Shown one piece after another: positions 40,801-50,869 of a stretch of DNA of 64,000 nucleotides; the stretch's first letter is position 1; each line of letters starts with the position of its first letter. Below the pieces are notes generated by a model that was not told the DNA's origin, did not search any database, and saw nothing but the letters and a program-made list of their open reading frames with translations. Source of the DNA: an uncultured virus (IMG/VR IMGVR_UViG_3300010885_086743) (Duplodnaviria > Heunggongvirae > Uroviricota > Caudoviricetes); IMG/VR virus record IMGVR_UViG_3300010885_086743; one strand, given 5' to 3'. Both the position numbers and the translations under genes were made by a program.

Positions 40801-41186
40801 TGAGTATTTTTGTAGATGCTGGAAAAAGATTTGAGTTAAAATTAACTTGTAATGTTATTAAAAATGATGATGGGGAAGTTCTTTGCTATAAAATTGATCC
40901 TAATGGCAAATGTGAAATTTCTTGTGATGTTAAAGGAAGAAATTTTGCTGATATGTCTAATATTATAGAAGATGCGACTATTATTAATTCTGTAACTGGT
41001 AATCCATTATTGAGAACCTCTGTGCTTTGCAAAAACATAATTACTAGTTTCTTTTCTGTAATTAAGATCAAAGATGGTGATAATGAAGAAACTTATTACC
41101 CTGACCCTAGTAATGTAAATATTATGAGATACGAATTAGTAAAAGCTTTGTCAAAAAAATGGCTTGAAATGACAGGCGGAAACTAA
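40800..41186 (+). CDS. putative tail assembly chaperone
   Basis: ATG overlaps the tube gene's TGA. 128 aa, in the typical post-tube position. Confidence 0.4.
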   Translation: MSIFVDAGKRFELKLTCNVIKNDDGEVLCYKIDPNGKCEISCDVKGRNFADMSNIIEDATIINSVTGNPLLRTSVLCKNIITSFFSVIKIKDGDNEETYYPDPSNVNIMRYELVKALSKKWLEMTGGN

Positions 41187-42413
41187 ATGCCAGATATTAT
41201 AAACAATGTGATAAATAATTTGCCAGCTTCAGGACATAATATATATGTCTGTGAACTGGCTCCTTATAAGCTCACTGGTTTATATAATCAACAAAAAAAA
41301 TATTTTGGTGGATATAGAGTTGCTAAAAATTCAGTAGGCTCAAGATCTCATTTATGGGATTTGTATTTACTAAGTGCAAGTATATTTACTACTAATATTG
41401 GCAGTTATCTTACTAAAACATTTTCGAGCGACTATAAGCCTCTTTATTGTTCAAATTTTTCTGACAATGCAGGTTCAAATATTTACCAACCTGTGCAAAA
41501 CTTTTCAGGATTGTCAGTTTTAAACTTACCTACTTTTAATCAGTATCAATATTCGGGAAATTTTAGTTTCAATCCCATTTTATCGACTAATGTAAATCAA
41601 CAATATGCAGCAGAGTTAATTTTATATAGAGCATCAATTATTCCACTTTATCCTCTGATTTTTTGCTCAACAATACCAACTCATAAATCTTTTGGTCCTA
41701 CATTTATAAGTTCTTTCAATATTAGTGTAGATGGTACTAATAACCTTGGTGATGTTGAAATAAACTGTTCAATGACTGGTGGTAGATCAGTCATTTCTCC
41801 TAACAATATTCCCATTTATAGGCCATACATAAATAACAACTATATAAAAATGAAAACTTTGAGCTCATCAGATAATCAAAACAATACTATTGAGACTAAT
41901 AATTTTCAAGATAAGTATAGAGCAATTAATTTATCAGATTGTGCTTTTGCACAAGGATTGTATTTAGATTTTGAAGATTTTGCAAATAAAGTTCAGAGTT
42001 CTTATTCTAGTAAATCTATGCCTGTCTATAAAATAGTCAATATGTCTTTATCAATTCAACAAAATATAGATTTGACTTTCACATATCCAGGATACTCTTT
42101 TGGTAATTTATTATACGAATTTGGAGATATAGCTGGACCAAGATTTGCATCTTTGCAAAACAGAAAAGTAACAGGGAGTATCAAGCTCTTTAGTCCGCAA
42201 AATTACAGTTTTATCAATTCAAATGCCTCATCCTTAACATTATATTTTGGAAGTGTTTTTTATTACACAATGAAAAATGTTGATTGGCAGCAACCTGTAA
42301 TTACAATAAATCCTGGAAATGGTTATTTTATTGAGTATAATTTCACTGTAAGATTGACTGAAATAACTTATTTCAATGGCTTTGGCACATTAAGGGTATC
42401 AGAATTTTTATAA
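41187..42413 (+). CDS. second tail-tube-like protein
   Basis: 408 aa. FISSFNISVDG...VEINCSMTG, NMSLSIQQNI and QNRKVTGSIKL parallel the motifs of 39328..40800. Confidence 0.5.
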   Translation: MPDIINNVINNLPASGHNIYVCELAPYKLTGLYNQQKKYFGGYRVAKNSVGSRSHLWDLYLLSASIFTTNIGSYLTKTFSSDYKPLYCSNFSDNAGSNIYQPVQNFSGLSVLNLPTFNQYQYSGNFSFNPILSTNVNQQYAAELILYRASIIPLYPLIFCSTIPTHKSFGPTFISSFNISVDGTNNLGDVEINCSMTGGRSVISPNNIPIYRPYINNNYIKMKTLSSSDNQNNTIETNNFQDKYRAINLSDCAFAQGLYLDFEDFANKVQSSYSSKSMPVYKIVNMSLSIQQNIDLTFTYPGYSFGNLLYEFGDIAGPRFASLQNRKVTGSIKLFSPQNYSFINSNASSLTLYFGSVFYYTMKNVDWQQPVITINPGNGYFIEYNFTVRLTEITYFNGFGTLRVSEFL

Positions 42414-42994
42414 TGAAAGAATTTATTGACTATTACGAAAAAATCAAATCTGATAAAGTTCACATTATCAATATAGACTCAGTAAAATTTATTATTAGAG
42501 AAATTACCTGGAAAGAAGGTCTTTTAATTGATGCTAAATCTTTTAGAAAAAAAGATAATATTGTTTATCAAAACACCGAATTTGAAAAAAGAGAAATATT
42601 AAGCTTAGCAATATTGAGAGCTTATGACAGCAAGACTGATACTGATTACATCCCAGATTTTGAAATTCCATTAATTCAAAAACTAGACCATGCCATGGTT
42701 GAAAAATTGTGGGTGGAGTATCAAAATTTTTTATATATTAGTGCTGATGAAGCAAATTTCTATTACATAGCAGCAAAAAAATATTACAACCCAAATAATA
42801 CAGAAACATACCCCGTGCCACCTCTAATAGTTGAAATTGACTATATGACACGAGGATTAGTTTCTATGAGCAAAGATGAATTTTCAAACTTGAGCATGAA
42901 AGAATTTGAAACAATTCAATTGATATTAGCTACAAAGAATGAAGTAAAACCAGAAACAGCAGCTGATCTCAATATTGATTTAGATCGAGAATGA
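42413..42994 (+). CDS. putative tail assembly chaperone
   Basis: 193 aa. KFIIREITWKE...EILSLAI...IQKLDHAMVEKLWVEY chaperone-like pattern, TAATG-coupled to the tube-like gene. Confidence 0.45.
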   Translation: MKEFIDYYEKIKSDKVHIINIDSVKFIIREITWKEGLLIDAKSFRKKDNIVYQNTEFEKREILSLAILRAYDSKTDTDYIPDFEIPLIQKLDHAMVEKLWVEYQNFLYISADEANFYYIAAKKYYNPNNTETYPVPPLIVEIDYMTRGLVSMSKDEFSNLSMKEFETIQLILATKNEVKPETAADLNIDLDRE

Positions 42995-43789
42995 TAGAGT
43001 GTTTTTAAATTTATTTCTAACGGTTTCTGCTATAACAGTTCTATCCCATTGATGAAATAGATAATATTTTTCACCTTTTTCGTTACAGATATCAGTACCA
43101 TCAAAGAAGACATCAACATTGTCTCTTTTAATTGCTTCACCTGTAGCACAAAAATTATCTTCTGATGGATGACAAACCATAATATTTGGATTTTGTTTGA
43201 AATGCTTATACAAATATCCCAAAACTGCTTGATCAGTTATGACATATTTGTATTTTCTGTTCATTGAAGTTAAAATCATAGTGCAGTAATTTAGAAAAGC
43301 ACTAACTTTTCCACCATAAGTTCCACCATTTATAACATATGAATCTTCCCATCTCACTTTGTTAAAAGCAAGTGTATCGAGCATACAATCATGCCACATA
43401 AAGTTGCAATCATTGTCTTTGATTTTCATACCTTCACATACAAAAAAGAAATCTTTACCCTGTTGATTTTTCATAAATTCAAATGGATCATTCTGAATAA
43501 TTACATCTCTCATGTCCCATTGCATTACATAATCAAATTCATGTCCATTTTCACACAGCCAATTGTAATATGAAACGTAAGTCAAATTGTAAGGAGCAAT
43601 GTTTTCTTCAACTGGAACAATATAGTCATAATATTTTCTCAACATATCTATATTTTTTTGAGAAACATCATGAACGCACAACAGCTTCTTAAAATTCTTT
43701 TGTTTTGAAAGAAAATGTAAATAAATTTCAATGTCCAAAGACTCTAAAATTCTGTCACCTTGTAAAAAATTCAACATCAAATTATTCAT
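42980..43789 (-). CDS. GT-A-fold glycosyltransferase-like protein
   Basis: WDMRDVIIQNDPF (DxxD), INGGTYGG, DQAVL and HQWDR motifs. Confidence 0.7.
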   Translation of the reverse strand: MNNLMLNFLQGDRILESLDIEIYLHFLSKQKNFKKLLCVHDVSQKNIDMLRKYYDYIVPVEENIAPYNLTYVSYYNWLCENGHEFDYVMQWDMRDVIIQNDPFEFMKNQQGKDFFFVCEGMKIKDNDCNFMWHDCMLDTLAFNKVRWEDSYVINGGTYGGKVSAFLNYCTMILTSMNRKYKYVITDQAVLGYLYKHFKQNPNIMVCHPSEDNFCATGEAIKRDNVDVFFDGTDICNEKGEKYYLFHQWDRTVIAETVRNKFKNTLSFSI

Positions 43790-43808
43790 AAAATTATTAT
43801 ACTCTCTT

Positions 43809-44675
43809 TTATTTGCTATCTTTTTTACAAGCTATCATCAAAACGTTTTCAATATTGGAAATAGTTTGATTTACATTTGCACTATATACTTTTTGTTTGA
43901 CTATTTTTAATTCACAATTTTTTGTAAGTTCATGCAATGAGCTCTCAGAAAAAAAGTTTATATGCTCATGCCAATGCTTCTTTAGTAAATATTTATTTTT
44001 AGCATGAGGATTATTTTGCATTAATTTTTCAAAAGGAACTTCTATATACAGAACAGTTTCATCATCCATAAGTTGAGCAATTTCAAATAAAATATCTTTT
44101 GGGTAAGAAACATGTTCTAAAACATTACTACAAACAATCAAGTCATATTGGTAGTCTTTGATGTTTTTTTCAGATAAAGAAATCAAATTATCTTTAACTT
44201 GATTACCTGAAATGTCGTATATAAAAACTTTTTCAGCATTTGAGTAAGGAGTGTTCAAACCATCGTCTCCTCCCCAATCCAGTACATTGTTGTAATTTCC
44301 TAAATCAGACAAAAACAATTCAATATCTGGTTTGTATTTTATTCCACCCTGCATTGTTTGATTCTTTTCAGCATATCCAGGCTCATAAAAATCTCGCAAA
44401 ATTGTGTATTCATCTTCTCTGTAATTTGCATAAAGATTTGACATTTCTTCATCGTCAAATCTCATATCCAAGAATAAGAATCCACAATCAAGACACTGAC
44501 AAGAGCAACATTGAGACAAGCACAAACCTTGAGGAAAATTAAATAAATTCCATGATTCGTCTATTGTAATTAAGTCGTAATCGAAAACTCTTTTTGCAAT
44601 AAAGGGCATTAGTACTGAGGAACTTTTTGCAAAATTTTTACTACTGCAACATGGGCAACTTTTAACTATTTTCAT
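43809..44675 (-). CDS. class I SAM-dependent methyltransferase with N-terminal Cys cluster
   Basis: CPCC...CLDCG, VLDWGGDDG, YDLIVCSNVLEHV, YIEVP and HEHINFFS. Confidence 0.85.
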   Translation of the reverse strand: MKIVKSCPCCSSKNFAKSSSVLMPFIAKRVFDYDLITIDESWNLFNFPQGLCLSQCCSCQCLDCGFLFLDMRFDDEEMSNLYANYREDEYTILRDFYEPGYAEKNQTMQGGIKYKPDIELFLSDLGNYNNVLDWGGDDGLNTPYSNAEKVFIYDISGNQVKDNLISLSEKNIKDYQYDLIVCSNVLEHVSYPKDILFEIAQLMDDETVLYIEVPFEKLMQNNPHAKNKYLLKKHWHEHINFFSESSLHELTKNCELKIVKQKVYSANVNQTISNIENVLMIACKKDSK

Positions 44676-45496
44676 TTTATTTCAAGCAACTTTTTATATG
44701 TATCAACTATTCCATTTTCAAGTCCAGTTAATTGAACGTCAAACAACTGTAAATTATAATCTCCAAAATAACTTAAACCAGATTCTTCATTTTGAATAAT
44801 AATATCAACACGATGATTTGATAATTGATTAATTATTTTTGCAACCATGCTAAGTTTATATTTAGTTTCATAACAACAATTTATATTTTTTTGTTTTGAG
44901 TCTGAACCAATAACAAATTTAACAACTTCACACAAATCATCCATGAAGAAAAAATCCATCCACTTATCTTGGTGAATAGTTATTGGTTGATTGTTAATAT
45001 AATTCAATATATTTGCTTTTATCATTCTCGTAGGAAGTTCATCATAATTAAAAACATTAAAAATTCTAATATTATTAAAATTAGGATAATAAAATCCTGA
45101 TTTTGCAATTAAATTTTTACTCATACCATAAGGATCGATAGGGTAAGCACATTTTAAGTCTACTGTAGTGTCTATGTTGTATCTTCGGTCTAGCTCAGCT
45201 CCAGATCCAAATGAAATATATTTATCAAAAGAACAAGAATTATCTAAAATATTTTGATGCATCAGGCAGTTTTCAAAAAAATCTTGAGGGCCATCTTCTT
45301 TCAATCTACTTCCGCCAGATGTAGCAGTATGAATAACAACATTAAAAAAATTATTCTTAAAAAAATTTTTAACTTGATTTTGATTTAATAAATCCAAATT
45401 GTTTTTGTTTGTTAATACCAGTTCATAGTCAGATAAATGTCGAGTTAAATTTCTAGCAACAAAACCATTACAACCAGTGATTAGAATTTTTTTCAT
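44672..45496 (-). CDS. NAD-dependent nucleotide-sugar epimerase/dehydratase/reductase
   Basis: ILITGCNGFVA and YGMSK (YxxxK). Confidence 0.85.
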   Translation of the reverse strand: MKKILITGCNGFVARNLTRHLSDYELVLTNKNNLDLLNQNQVKNFFKNNFFNVVIHTATSGGSRLKEDGPQDFFENCLMHQNILDNSCSFDKYISFGSGAELDRRYNIDTTVDLKCAYPIDPYGMSKNLIAKSGFYYPNFNNIRIFNVFNYDELPTRMIKANILNYINNQPITIHQDKWMDFFFMDDLCEVVKFVIGSDSKQKNINCCYETKYKLSMVAKIINQLSNHRVDIIIQNEESGLSYFGDYNLQLFDVQLTGLENGIVDTYKKLLEIK

Positions 45497-46418
45497 TTTT
45501 AATAATCTCCATCATGCCTAAATGAACATTGCAGTCTTTATCTAAAATAATTTCTTTTTTAGGAAACTTATACTTAAAATAATCTTTTATCACTGGAATT
45601 TTTTGAGCAATTCCACCAGCTAGAAATACAGTAGAAAAATCTTTTTGAGTTATATATTCAATATATTGATTTAAGTAATTTTTCATTAATGATGAAACAA
45701 AATTATGTAAATTAAAATTTGTTTCATTTATGTTTAGAATTTTGCCATAGTCAATAAAATTTTTAGCTTGAGTAAAAACTGACAGATCAAATTGTAAATC
45801 AGAAACATCTAAATCACATGAATTTAGATTTTTAAAATAGTCAAAAATGTTGAAATTTAATTCATTGAAAAAATTATGAAAAACATTAAACATTCTTCCA
45901 CTAGGTATGAATGAAATTATTTCTTCTAATGATATGATTTGAGAGCCAGTACCCATATTGACAATGCACTGATTTATAGTAAGATTCTTTGATCTTAAAA
46001 CACAATCTGTATCACCTAAACAACTTAAAAAAATCTTATTTTTATATATTCCTAGTCTTTTGATAGCAGAAAAATCACTTAATTTATTATGATCATTATG
46101 TAGATGAAAAGTGCTTTGATTTTCAAACATTTTACTAATCAAATCACAAGAATTATTTCCGGCTACTTTAATTTTCCAACTTTCGTAAGTATCTTCATTG
46201 TAAGTTCCATTTTTGATACTGCTCGTAATGACATAATCACAATCAGGATAGGTAAGTAAAATTAAATCTAAAATAGTTTTTAGTTCAGATAAACATAATT
46301 TATCTGCTTTTAAAAAAGGTGATTCAATTTCTGAGTAATTAGTAATAGAGTCTTCGTTATCATCATAAATAGCATTTTTAATAAATGAAGCTCCAAAATC
46401 AATTAACAAATATTTCAT
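45468..46418 (-). CDS. compact FGGY-family (sedoheptulokinase-like) carbohydrate kinase
   Basis: LIDFGASFIK, LGDTDC, VNMGTGSQI and FLAGGIA are actin-like ATPase motifs. Confidence 0.65.
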   Translation of the reverse strand: MKYLLIDFGASFIKNAIYDDNEDSITNYSEIESPFLKADKLCLSELKTILDLILLTYPDCDYVITSSIKNGTYNEDTYESWKIKVAGNNSCDLISKMFENQSTFHLHNDHNKLSDFSAIKRLGIYKNKIFLSCLGDTDCVLRSKNLTINQCIVNMGTGSQIISLEEIISFIPSGRMFNVFHNFFNELNFNIFDYFKNLNSCDLDVSDLQFDLSVFTQAKNFIDYGKILNINETNFNLHNFVSSLMKNYLNQYIEYITQKDFSTVFLAGGIAQKIPVIKDYFKYKFPKKEIILDKDCNVHLGMMEIIKNEKNSNHWL

Positions 46419-47421
46419 TTATTTTGTCCAATAAACTTTTATCAATGTCTGTCATTATAAAATTGGTTATGCCAAATTCTGGAGAATGTACAAAACAAAT
46501 TTGCGACCCTAAAGCTTTTTTATCCGATGAAAGCATAGAAAATAATTTTTTAGGATCAACAAGTTTTAAATCATCTAGATTTACAAACCTAGATAAGAAA
46601 TGAATAACTTCTGGATTAGTATAGAAAATCTTTGAAACTAAATACATTCCTAAAATGATTGCTTTACCATGCGCAATATTATAATCTGTCAAAGATTCAA
46701 TTATATGACCAAAAGTATGACCATAATTAAGAACCTTTCTTGTACTAGCTTCAAATTCATCATATTCAATAATAGTTTTTTTGATGGCTAAAGCGTTCTT
46801 GATTCTTTCTTCTAATGACCAATAATCATAATTGTCTATGAAATATTTTCCTCCAGTAATGAATAATTTTATAATTTCTCCATTTCCAGAATCTAATTCA
46901 TCTTGTGATAAAGAAGAAAGGAAGTTTGAATCTACAACTACTTCTGAAGGGGCGGAAAAAAGTGCAAGTTGATTTTTATAATTTTTGAAATTCAATGCAG
47001 TTTTTCCACCAATACAGCTATCACATTGAGAAAGCAATGTTGTTGGGTAGTATTTCCAATTGATTCCACGTTTGAATATTTTTGCAGTAAAGGCGCCAAG
47101 ATCTTGAACTATTCCACCACCAATTACGTGCAAAATATTTTTTTTGTTAAAATTATTTTTTAATAAAAATTCACATAAATCTAATGACTGTTCAATTGTT
47201 TTGTTAGACTCATTAGCATCAACTATATATATATTAGTGTGATTTATAGAATAAATTCGCTTTATGTTAGAATCTACAAGTACAAAATCATCGCTAGTCC
47301 AATTTTGTGAAAAACTTTGAAAAACTGCATTGTAACTAAAAGGATGAGACAATACTGAGATTTCTTTGTTGCCAAAAGGCACTGTATCAAATTCTATATT
47401 ATCAACTAAAAATTTTGACAT
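46399..47421 (-). CDS. 3-dehydroquinate-synthase-like sugar phosphate cyclase
   Basis: IGGGIVQD, PTTLLSQCDSCIGGKT, GEIIK, LNYGHTFGH and HGKAI. Start placed at ATG 47421, just after the SDR stop. Confidence 0.85.
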   Translation of the reverse strand: MSKFLVDNIEFDTVPFGNKEISVLSHPFSYNAVFQSFSQNWTSDDFVLVDSNIKRIYSINHTNIYIVDANESNKTIEQSLDLCEFLLKNNFNKKNILHVIGGGIVQDLGAFTAKIFKRGINWKYYPTTLLSQCDSCIGGKTALNFKNYKNQLALFSAPSEVVVDSNFLSSLSQDELDSGNGEIIKLFITGGKYFIDNYDYWSLEERIKNALAIKKTIIEYDEFEASTRKVLNYGHTFGHIIESLTDYNIAHGKAIILGMYLVSKIFYTNPEVIHFLSRFVNLDDLKLVDPKKLFSMLSSDKKALGSQICFVHSPEFGITNFIMTDIDKSLLDKINEIFVN

Positions 47422-47422
47422 T

Positions 47423-48043
47423 TTAGGGCTCCAAACAATTATACCCACCATCAATTACAATGTTTTGTCCTGTTATAGCTTGGTTCTCTACAATGAGATA
47501 TTTGCACATTTTTGCTATTTCTTCTGGAAATGTCAAGCCTAGTGGAATCAAATTGTCAAGTTGTTGAATTCTTTCTGGGGTATTGTTCTTTCTAGTAAGA
47601 GCAGTGTCAACAAACCCTGGAGAAATCATGTTTACTTTGATTTTGTTATATGCCATTTCAAGAGCTAAAGTTTTTACCATTGAAAGTAATCCATGTTTAG
47701 AAAAAGAATACATCATTCTGCGTGGCTTGACTGAAGTTGCGTAAAGAGAGCCAATAGCAATTATATTTGCTCCATGATTGAACTTAAGTTTTTGACATAG
47801 TCTAAGAAAACTCAAACTATTGATATTAATAAGTTTTTCAAAATTATCAAAATTTATATCCTGATATTCAGATATGTAATTAACTCCCGCACAATGAATC
47901 AATCCATCTAATTCTGGTAATTCAATATCAAAATCATTAGATAAATCTATTTGGAGTTTTATGACATCTATATTGTTCTTTTCTAAAATATCGCAAATAA
48001 CATTTCCTATTCCACCAGTCGAACCAGTAATGGCAACTTTCAT
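47423..48043 (-). CDS. short-chain dehydrogenase/reductase
   Basis: ITGSTGGIG, HCAG, YSFSK, VNMISPGFVDT and ITGQNIVIDGG. Confidence 0.9.
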   Translation of the reverse strand: MKVAITGSTGGIGNVICDILEKNNIDVIKLQIDLSNDFDIELPELDGLIHCAGVNYISEYQDINFDNFEKLININSLSFLRLCQKLKFNHGANIIAIGSLYATSVKPRRMMYSFSKHGLLSMVKTLALEMAYNKIKVNMISPGFVDTALTRKNNTPERIQQLDNLIPLGLTFPEEIAKMCKYLIVENQAITGQNIVIDGGYNCLEP

Positions 48044-49779
48044 TAGAAACCTTCCGTTATTGCCATATCTGTAAGAGACCCAGGAATAATTCTTCCATTT
48101 TCATCAATGCCTTTTGACATAACTTTAGGCTCATGTTTTTCATTAGGATGACAAAATAATTCAACTATACAAAGCTGATCAAGGCTAATAATCTCTTTTA
48201 GTTTTGTTTCAATCTCTTGGTTATTTTTTATAGAAAAGTATTTTATTCCAAAGGCACTTGCAATTTTTTCGTAATCTGGCAATGTTACTCCATTGTTGCT
48301 TCCTGAGGCAAACATATTTCCTTCAAAGAAAGATTCTTGCGTCATTTTGATAGATAAATATCCATCATTGTTGATTATAAAAATTACAATGGGTAAATTA
48401 TGATGTTTTGCAGTTTGAAGTTCTTGCAAATTCATCATGATGCTACCATCACCTTCGAAGCATAGAACTTGCTTTTTTCTTCCTATACAAGCACCTATAG
48501 AAGCGGGTAAACCATAGCCCATACTTGCACAACCCACATTTGTAAACAATCTTTGATTTTTATTCAATCTGAGCATTTGAAGTGGAACAACATGCGCAGT
48601 TCCATTAGATGTAATTATAGACTGATCATCTAAATAGTTTTTCAAGACATATGTAAAATAATACATACTCATATAATCTTGCAAATTGTAATGTTTAGGA
48701 TAATAATAAATTTGATTTGATCTAGTATCTAAGACAAATCTTTGCCAATTAGAAATAGATAAATTTAAATGAATATTGTTTACTATTTTAAGAAAAGACT
48801 TAAGATCCTTATTAATTTTCAAATTAATACTAAATTTGTGCTTTGCTATCTCGTTTTCATCAATATCAATAATTATTTTTTTAGATTTTGGTGAAAATTC
48901 GTTTATGTTATATCCAGTCATTTTTACTGGGCATCTTGAGCCAATAATAATCAGCAAGTCTGCCTCTTGAATAATTTGATTTGATGTAATTTGTCCTAAT
49001 ATCCCTATACGACCCGCATAGTATTCATAGGAATTATCAACTACATCTACGCCAGAATGAGGGCCAGTAACAATTGGGATATTTGAATTAATTAACCACT
49101 CATTTAACTCGTTATAAGAATTTGCCAATCTAATTCCATTACCAGCTATAATTAATGGTTTTTTTGATTCAGAAATTAATTGAATAAATTCTGATATTTC
49201 TGTCTTATCAATTTCTTCGTTGGCTACACAAAATTCATTATCATAACTTGTATCTTCTATGTAAGATCCTTGTATGTCTAAAGGCACATCAATCCAAACT
49301 GGACCAGGTCGTCCAGTTGTTGCAATTTGATATGCTTTTTCTAACTCTTTAGGTAAATCTGAAGCATTAGTTATAGTCAAACAATATTTAGTACAAGATT
49401 CTACAGTCTTGATAATGTCAAATTCTTGATCACCAATTTGACGACACCCAGTTCCTTTTGACAACTGACTCATAGGAACTTGTCCAGATATAATTATCCC
49501 TGGAATACTATCAAGCCACATACCCAATAAGCCAGTAATAGCATTTGTACCACCAGGACCTGTAGTAACAATATTTAAAGATAAATTGCCTGTTTCTCTG
49601 GTATAGCCTTCACTTGCCATTAGCGCAGATTGTTCATGATGCACACAGTAAGTTTCAATTTTCTTAGATTTTCTCAATGAGTCTATTAAATGAATACAGC
49701 CTCCACCAGAAACAGTGAAGGCAGTATCAACATTTTTATTTTCAAAAAAATTGATTATATAATCTGAAACTTTGATCAT
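48043..49779 (-). CDS. ThDP-dependent acetolactate-synthase-like enzyme (YerE-like candidate)
   Basis: HHEQSA, TTGPGGTNA, GRPGPVWIDVP, SMGYGLP and GDGSIMMNLQEL...NNDGY. Confidence 0.9.
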   Translation of the reverse strand: MIKVSDYIINFFENKNVDTAFTVSGGGCIHLIDSLRKSKKIETYCVHHEQSALMASEGYTRETGNLSLNIVTTGPGGTNAITGLLGMWLDSIPGIIISGQVPMSQLSKGTGCRQIGDQEFDIIKTVESCTKYCLTITNASDLPKELEKAYQIATTGRPGPVWIDVPLDIQGSYIEDTSYDNEFCVANEEIDKTEISEFIQLISESKKPLIIAGNGIRLANSYNELNEWLINSNIPIVTGPHSGVDVVDNSYEYYAGRIGILGQITSNQIIQEADLLIIIGSRCPVKMTGYNINEFSPKSKKIIIDIDENEIAKHKFSINLKINKDLKSFLKIVNNIHLNLSISNWQRFVLDTRSNQIYYYPKHYNLQDYMSMYYFTYVLKNYLDDQSIITSNGTAHVVPLQMLRLNKNQRLFTNVGCASMGYGLPASIGACIGRKKQVLCFEGDGSIMMNLQELQTAKHHNLPIVIFIINNDGYLSIKMTQESFFEGNMFASGSNNGVTLPDYEKIASAFGIKYFSIKNNQEIETKLKEIISLDQLCIVELFCHPNEKHEPKVMSKGIDENGRIIPGSLTDMAITEGF

Positions 49780-50849
49780 TTTATATCTCCAGAAGTCAAA
49801 GGGGAATCTTTTTTTAGATCTTTATTTAGTACATAATAATTATTTGTAAATTCTCGAGAAGTAATTTGTTTGATTTCTTTCTGATATGGAATAGCTGCAT
49901 ATAAATCTTCTGCAGTAATTTTATGTCCTGCAATTAAATCTTTTGATAAATAAAGCCCTCTATAAAGTGAGAAAAGATAATTTGATTCTTTGTCATCAAT
50001 AATTCTTCTTTTACTATCATAACTTCCACACATAAGTTCAGCTTTATGATAAGCTTTGAACCAAGTGTCAATTTGATGTGGAAGCGAACAATATTTACTT
50101 ATTTCTTTCTGTTCATGGTTTTCAGGATAAGGTATATCAATATGTCTTTCCCAAGTTCTTGCACCTTTAGCATAAGAAATAAGCATTGATGATTCCCAAT
50201 CATTATATTCGTGTGTTGAAAAACCAATTACATTATTTGGGTATTTACGCTTTAAATAATCTATTTGATTTATTTCAAGTTCGTAGTCTTCACTTGGATA
50301 TTTTGAAACACAATGATTGATTGCTAAAGGTATGTTTCTATTGTTAAAAAATCTAACAACATCATTAATTTGTTTTTCATTAGCTCCGCCTGTTGAAATA
50401 ATAACAGGCTTTTTAGTTTGAGCAATTTTATTTAATAAAAACCAATCATTGATATCAGAACTTGCTACTTTAATAATTGGAATTTTAAGATCAACACACC
50501 AATCAACTGACTTTTCATCAAAAGGAGTTGCCATAGGAATACAATCAAGTTTGTTTATGTATTCAATTAGAATTGACAGTTCTTCGTATGAAAGTTTTGT
50601 TCGTAATGTTTTTTGGATGTATCTTTGTTGCTTGGGTAATTCATTTAGGTCTTTGCTTCTACCAGTGCCTAAATGTTCTTGGTGAACAAAATTTTCAACA
50701 TCTCTAAATTGAAGTTTGATAGCAGCACGAACTTTGTTATTTCTTACAACGAATGCAAAATCTTTAACAATCTGCTTTCCTCTTTCTAAACTGCCCCAAT
50801 GATTGTTAGCAAGCTCAAGGACAAATAAATTTTCAAATATTGCACTCAT
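49776..50849 (-). CDS. neuB: N-acetylneuraminate synthase (NeuB/SpsE) family protein
   Basis: ELANNHWG, IKLQFRD, TPFDEKSV, IKVAS, ISTGG, HCVSKYP, GFSTH and ERH, plus a C-terminal SAF/AFP-like domain. Confidence 0.85.
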   Translation of the reverse strand: MSAIFENLFVLELANNHWGSLERGKQIVKDFAFVVRNNKVRAAIKLQFRDVENFVHQEHLGTGRSKDLNELPKQQRYIQKTLRTKLSYEELSILIEYINKLDCIPMATPFDEKSVDWCVDLKIPIIKVASSDINDWFLLNKIAQTKKPVIISTGGANEKQINDVVRFFNNRNIPLAINHCVSKYPSEDYELEINQIDYLKRKYPNNVIGFSTHEYNDWESSMLISYAKGARTWERHIDIPYPENHEQKEISKYCSLPHQIDTWFKAYHKAELMCGSYDSKRRIIDDKESNYLFSLYRGLYLSKDLIAGHKITAEDLYAAIPYQKEIKQITSREFTNNYYVLNKDLKKDSPLTSGDIK

Positions 50850-50869
50850 AATTAAATTATATCACTCTA

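Noticed and set aside
41140..41186. A-AAA-AAA slippery site near the end of the first chaperone-like gene (lambda G/GT-type -1 frameshift)
   Set aside because: The -1 frame stops within three codons (ATG GCT TGA). The similar site near 42775 also stops quickly. A-runs are common here.
73..42994. Extracellular contractile injection system locus in a cellular genome
   Set aside because: No sheath, VgrG/PAAR, baseplate J or AAA ATPase is recognised, and the gp36-like head-tail adaptor implies a head. Not fully excluded without searches.
46399..49779. aroB/ilvB as amino-acid biosynthesis auxiliary genes
   Set aside because: No partner aro or ilv genes are in the window, and both genes are embedded in a nucleotide-sugar operon.
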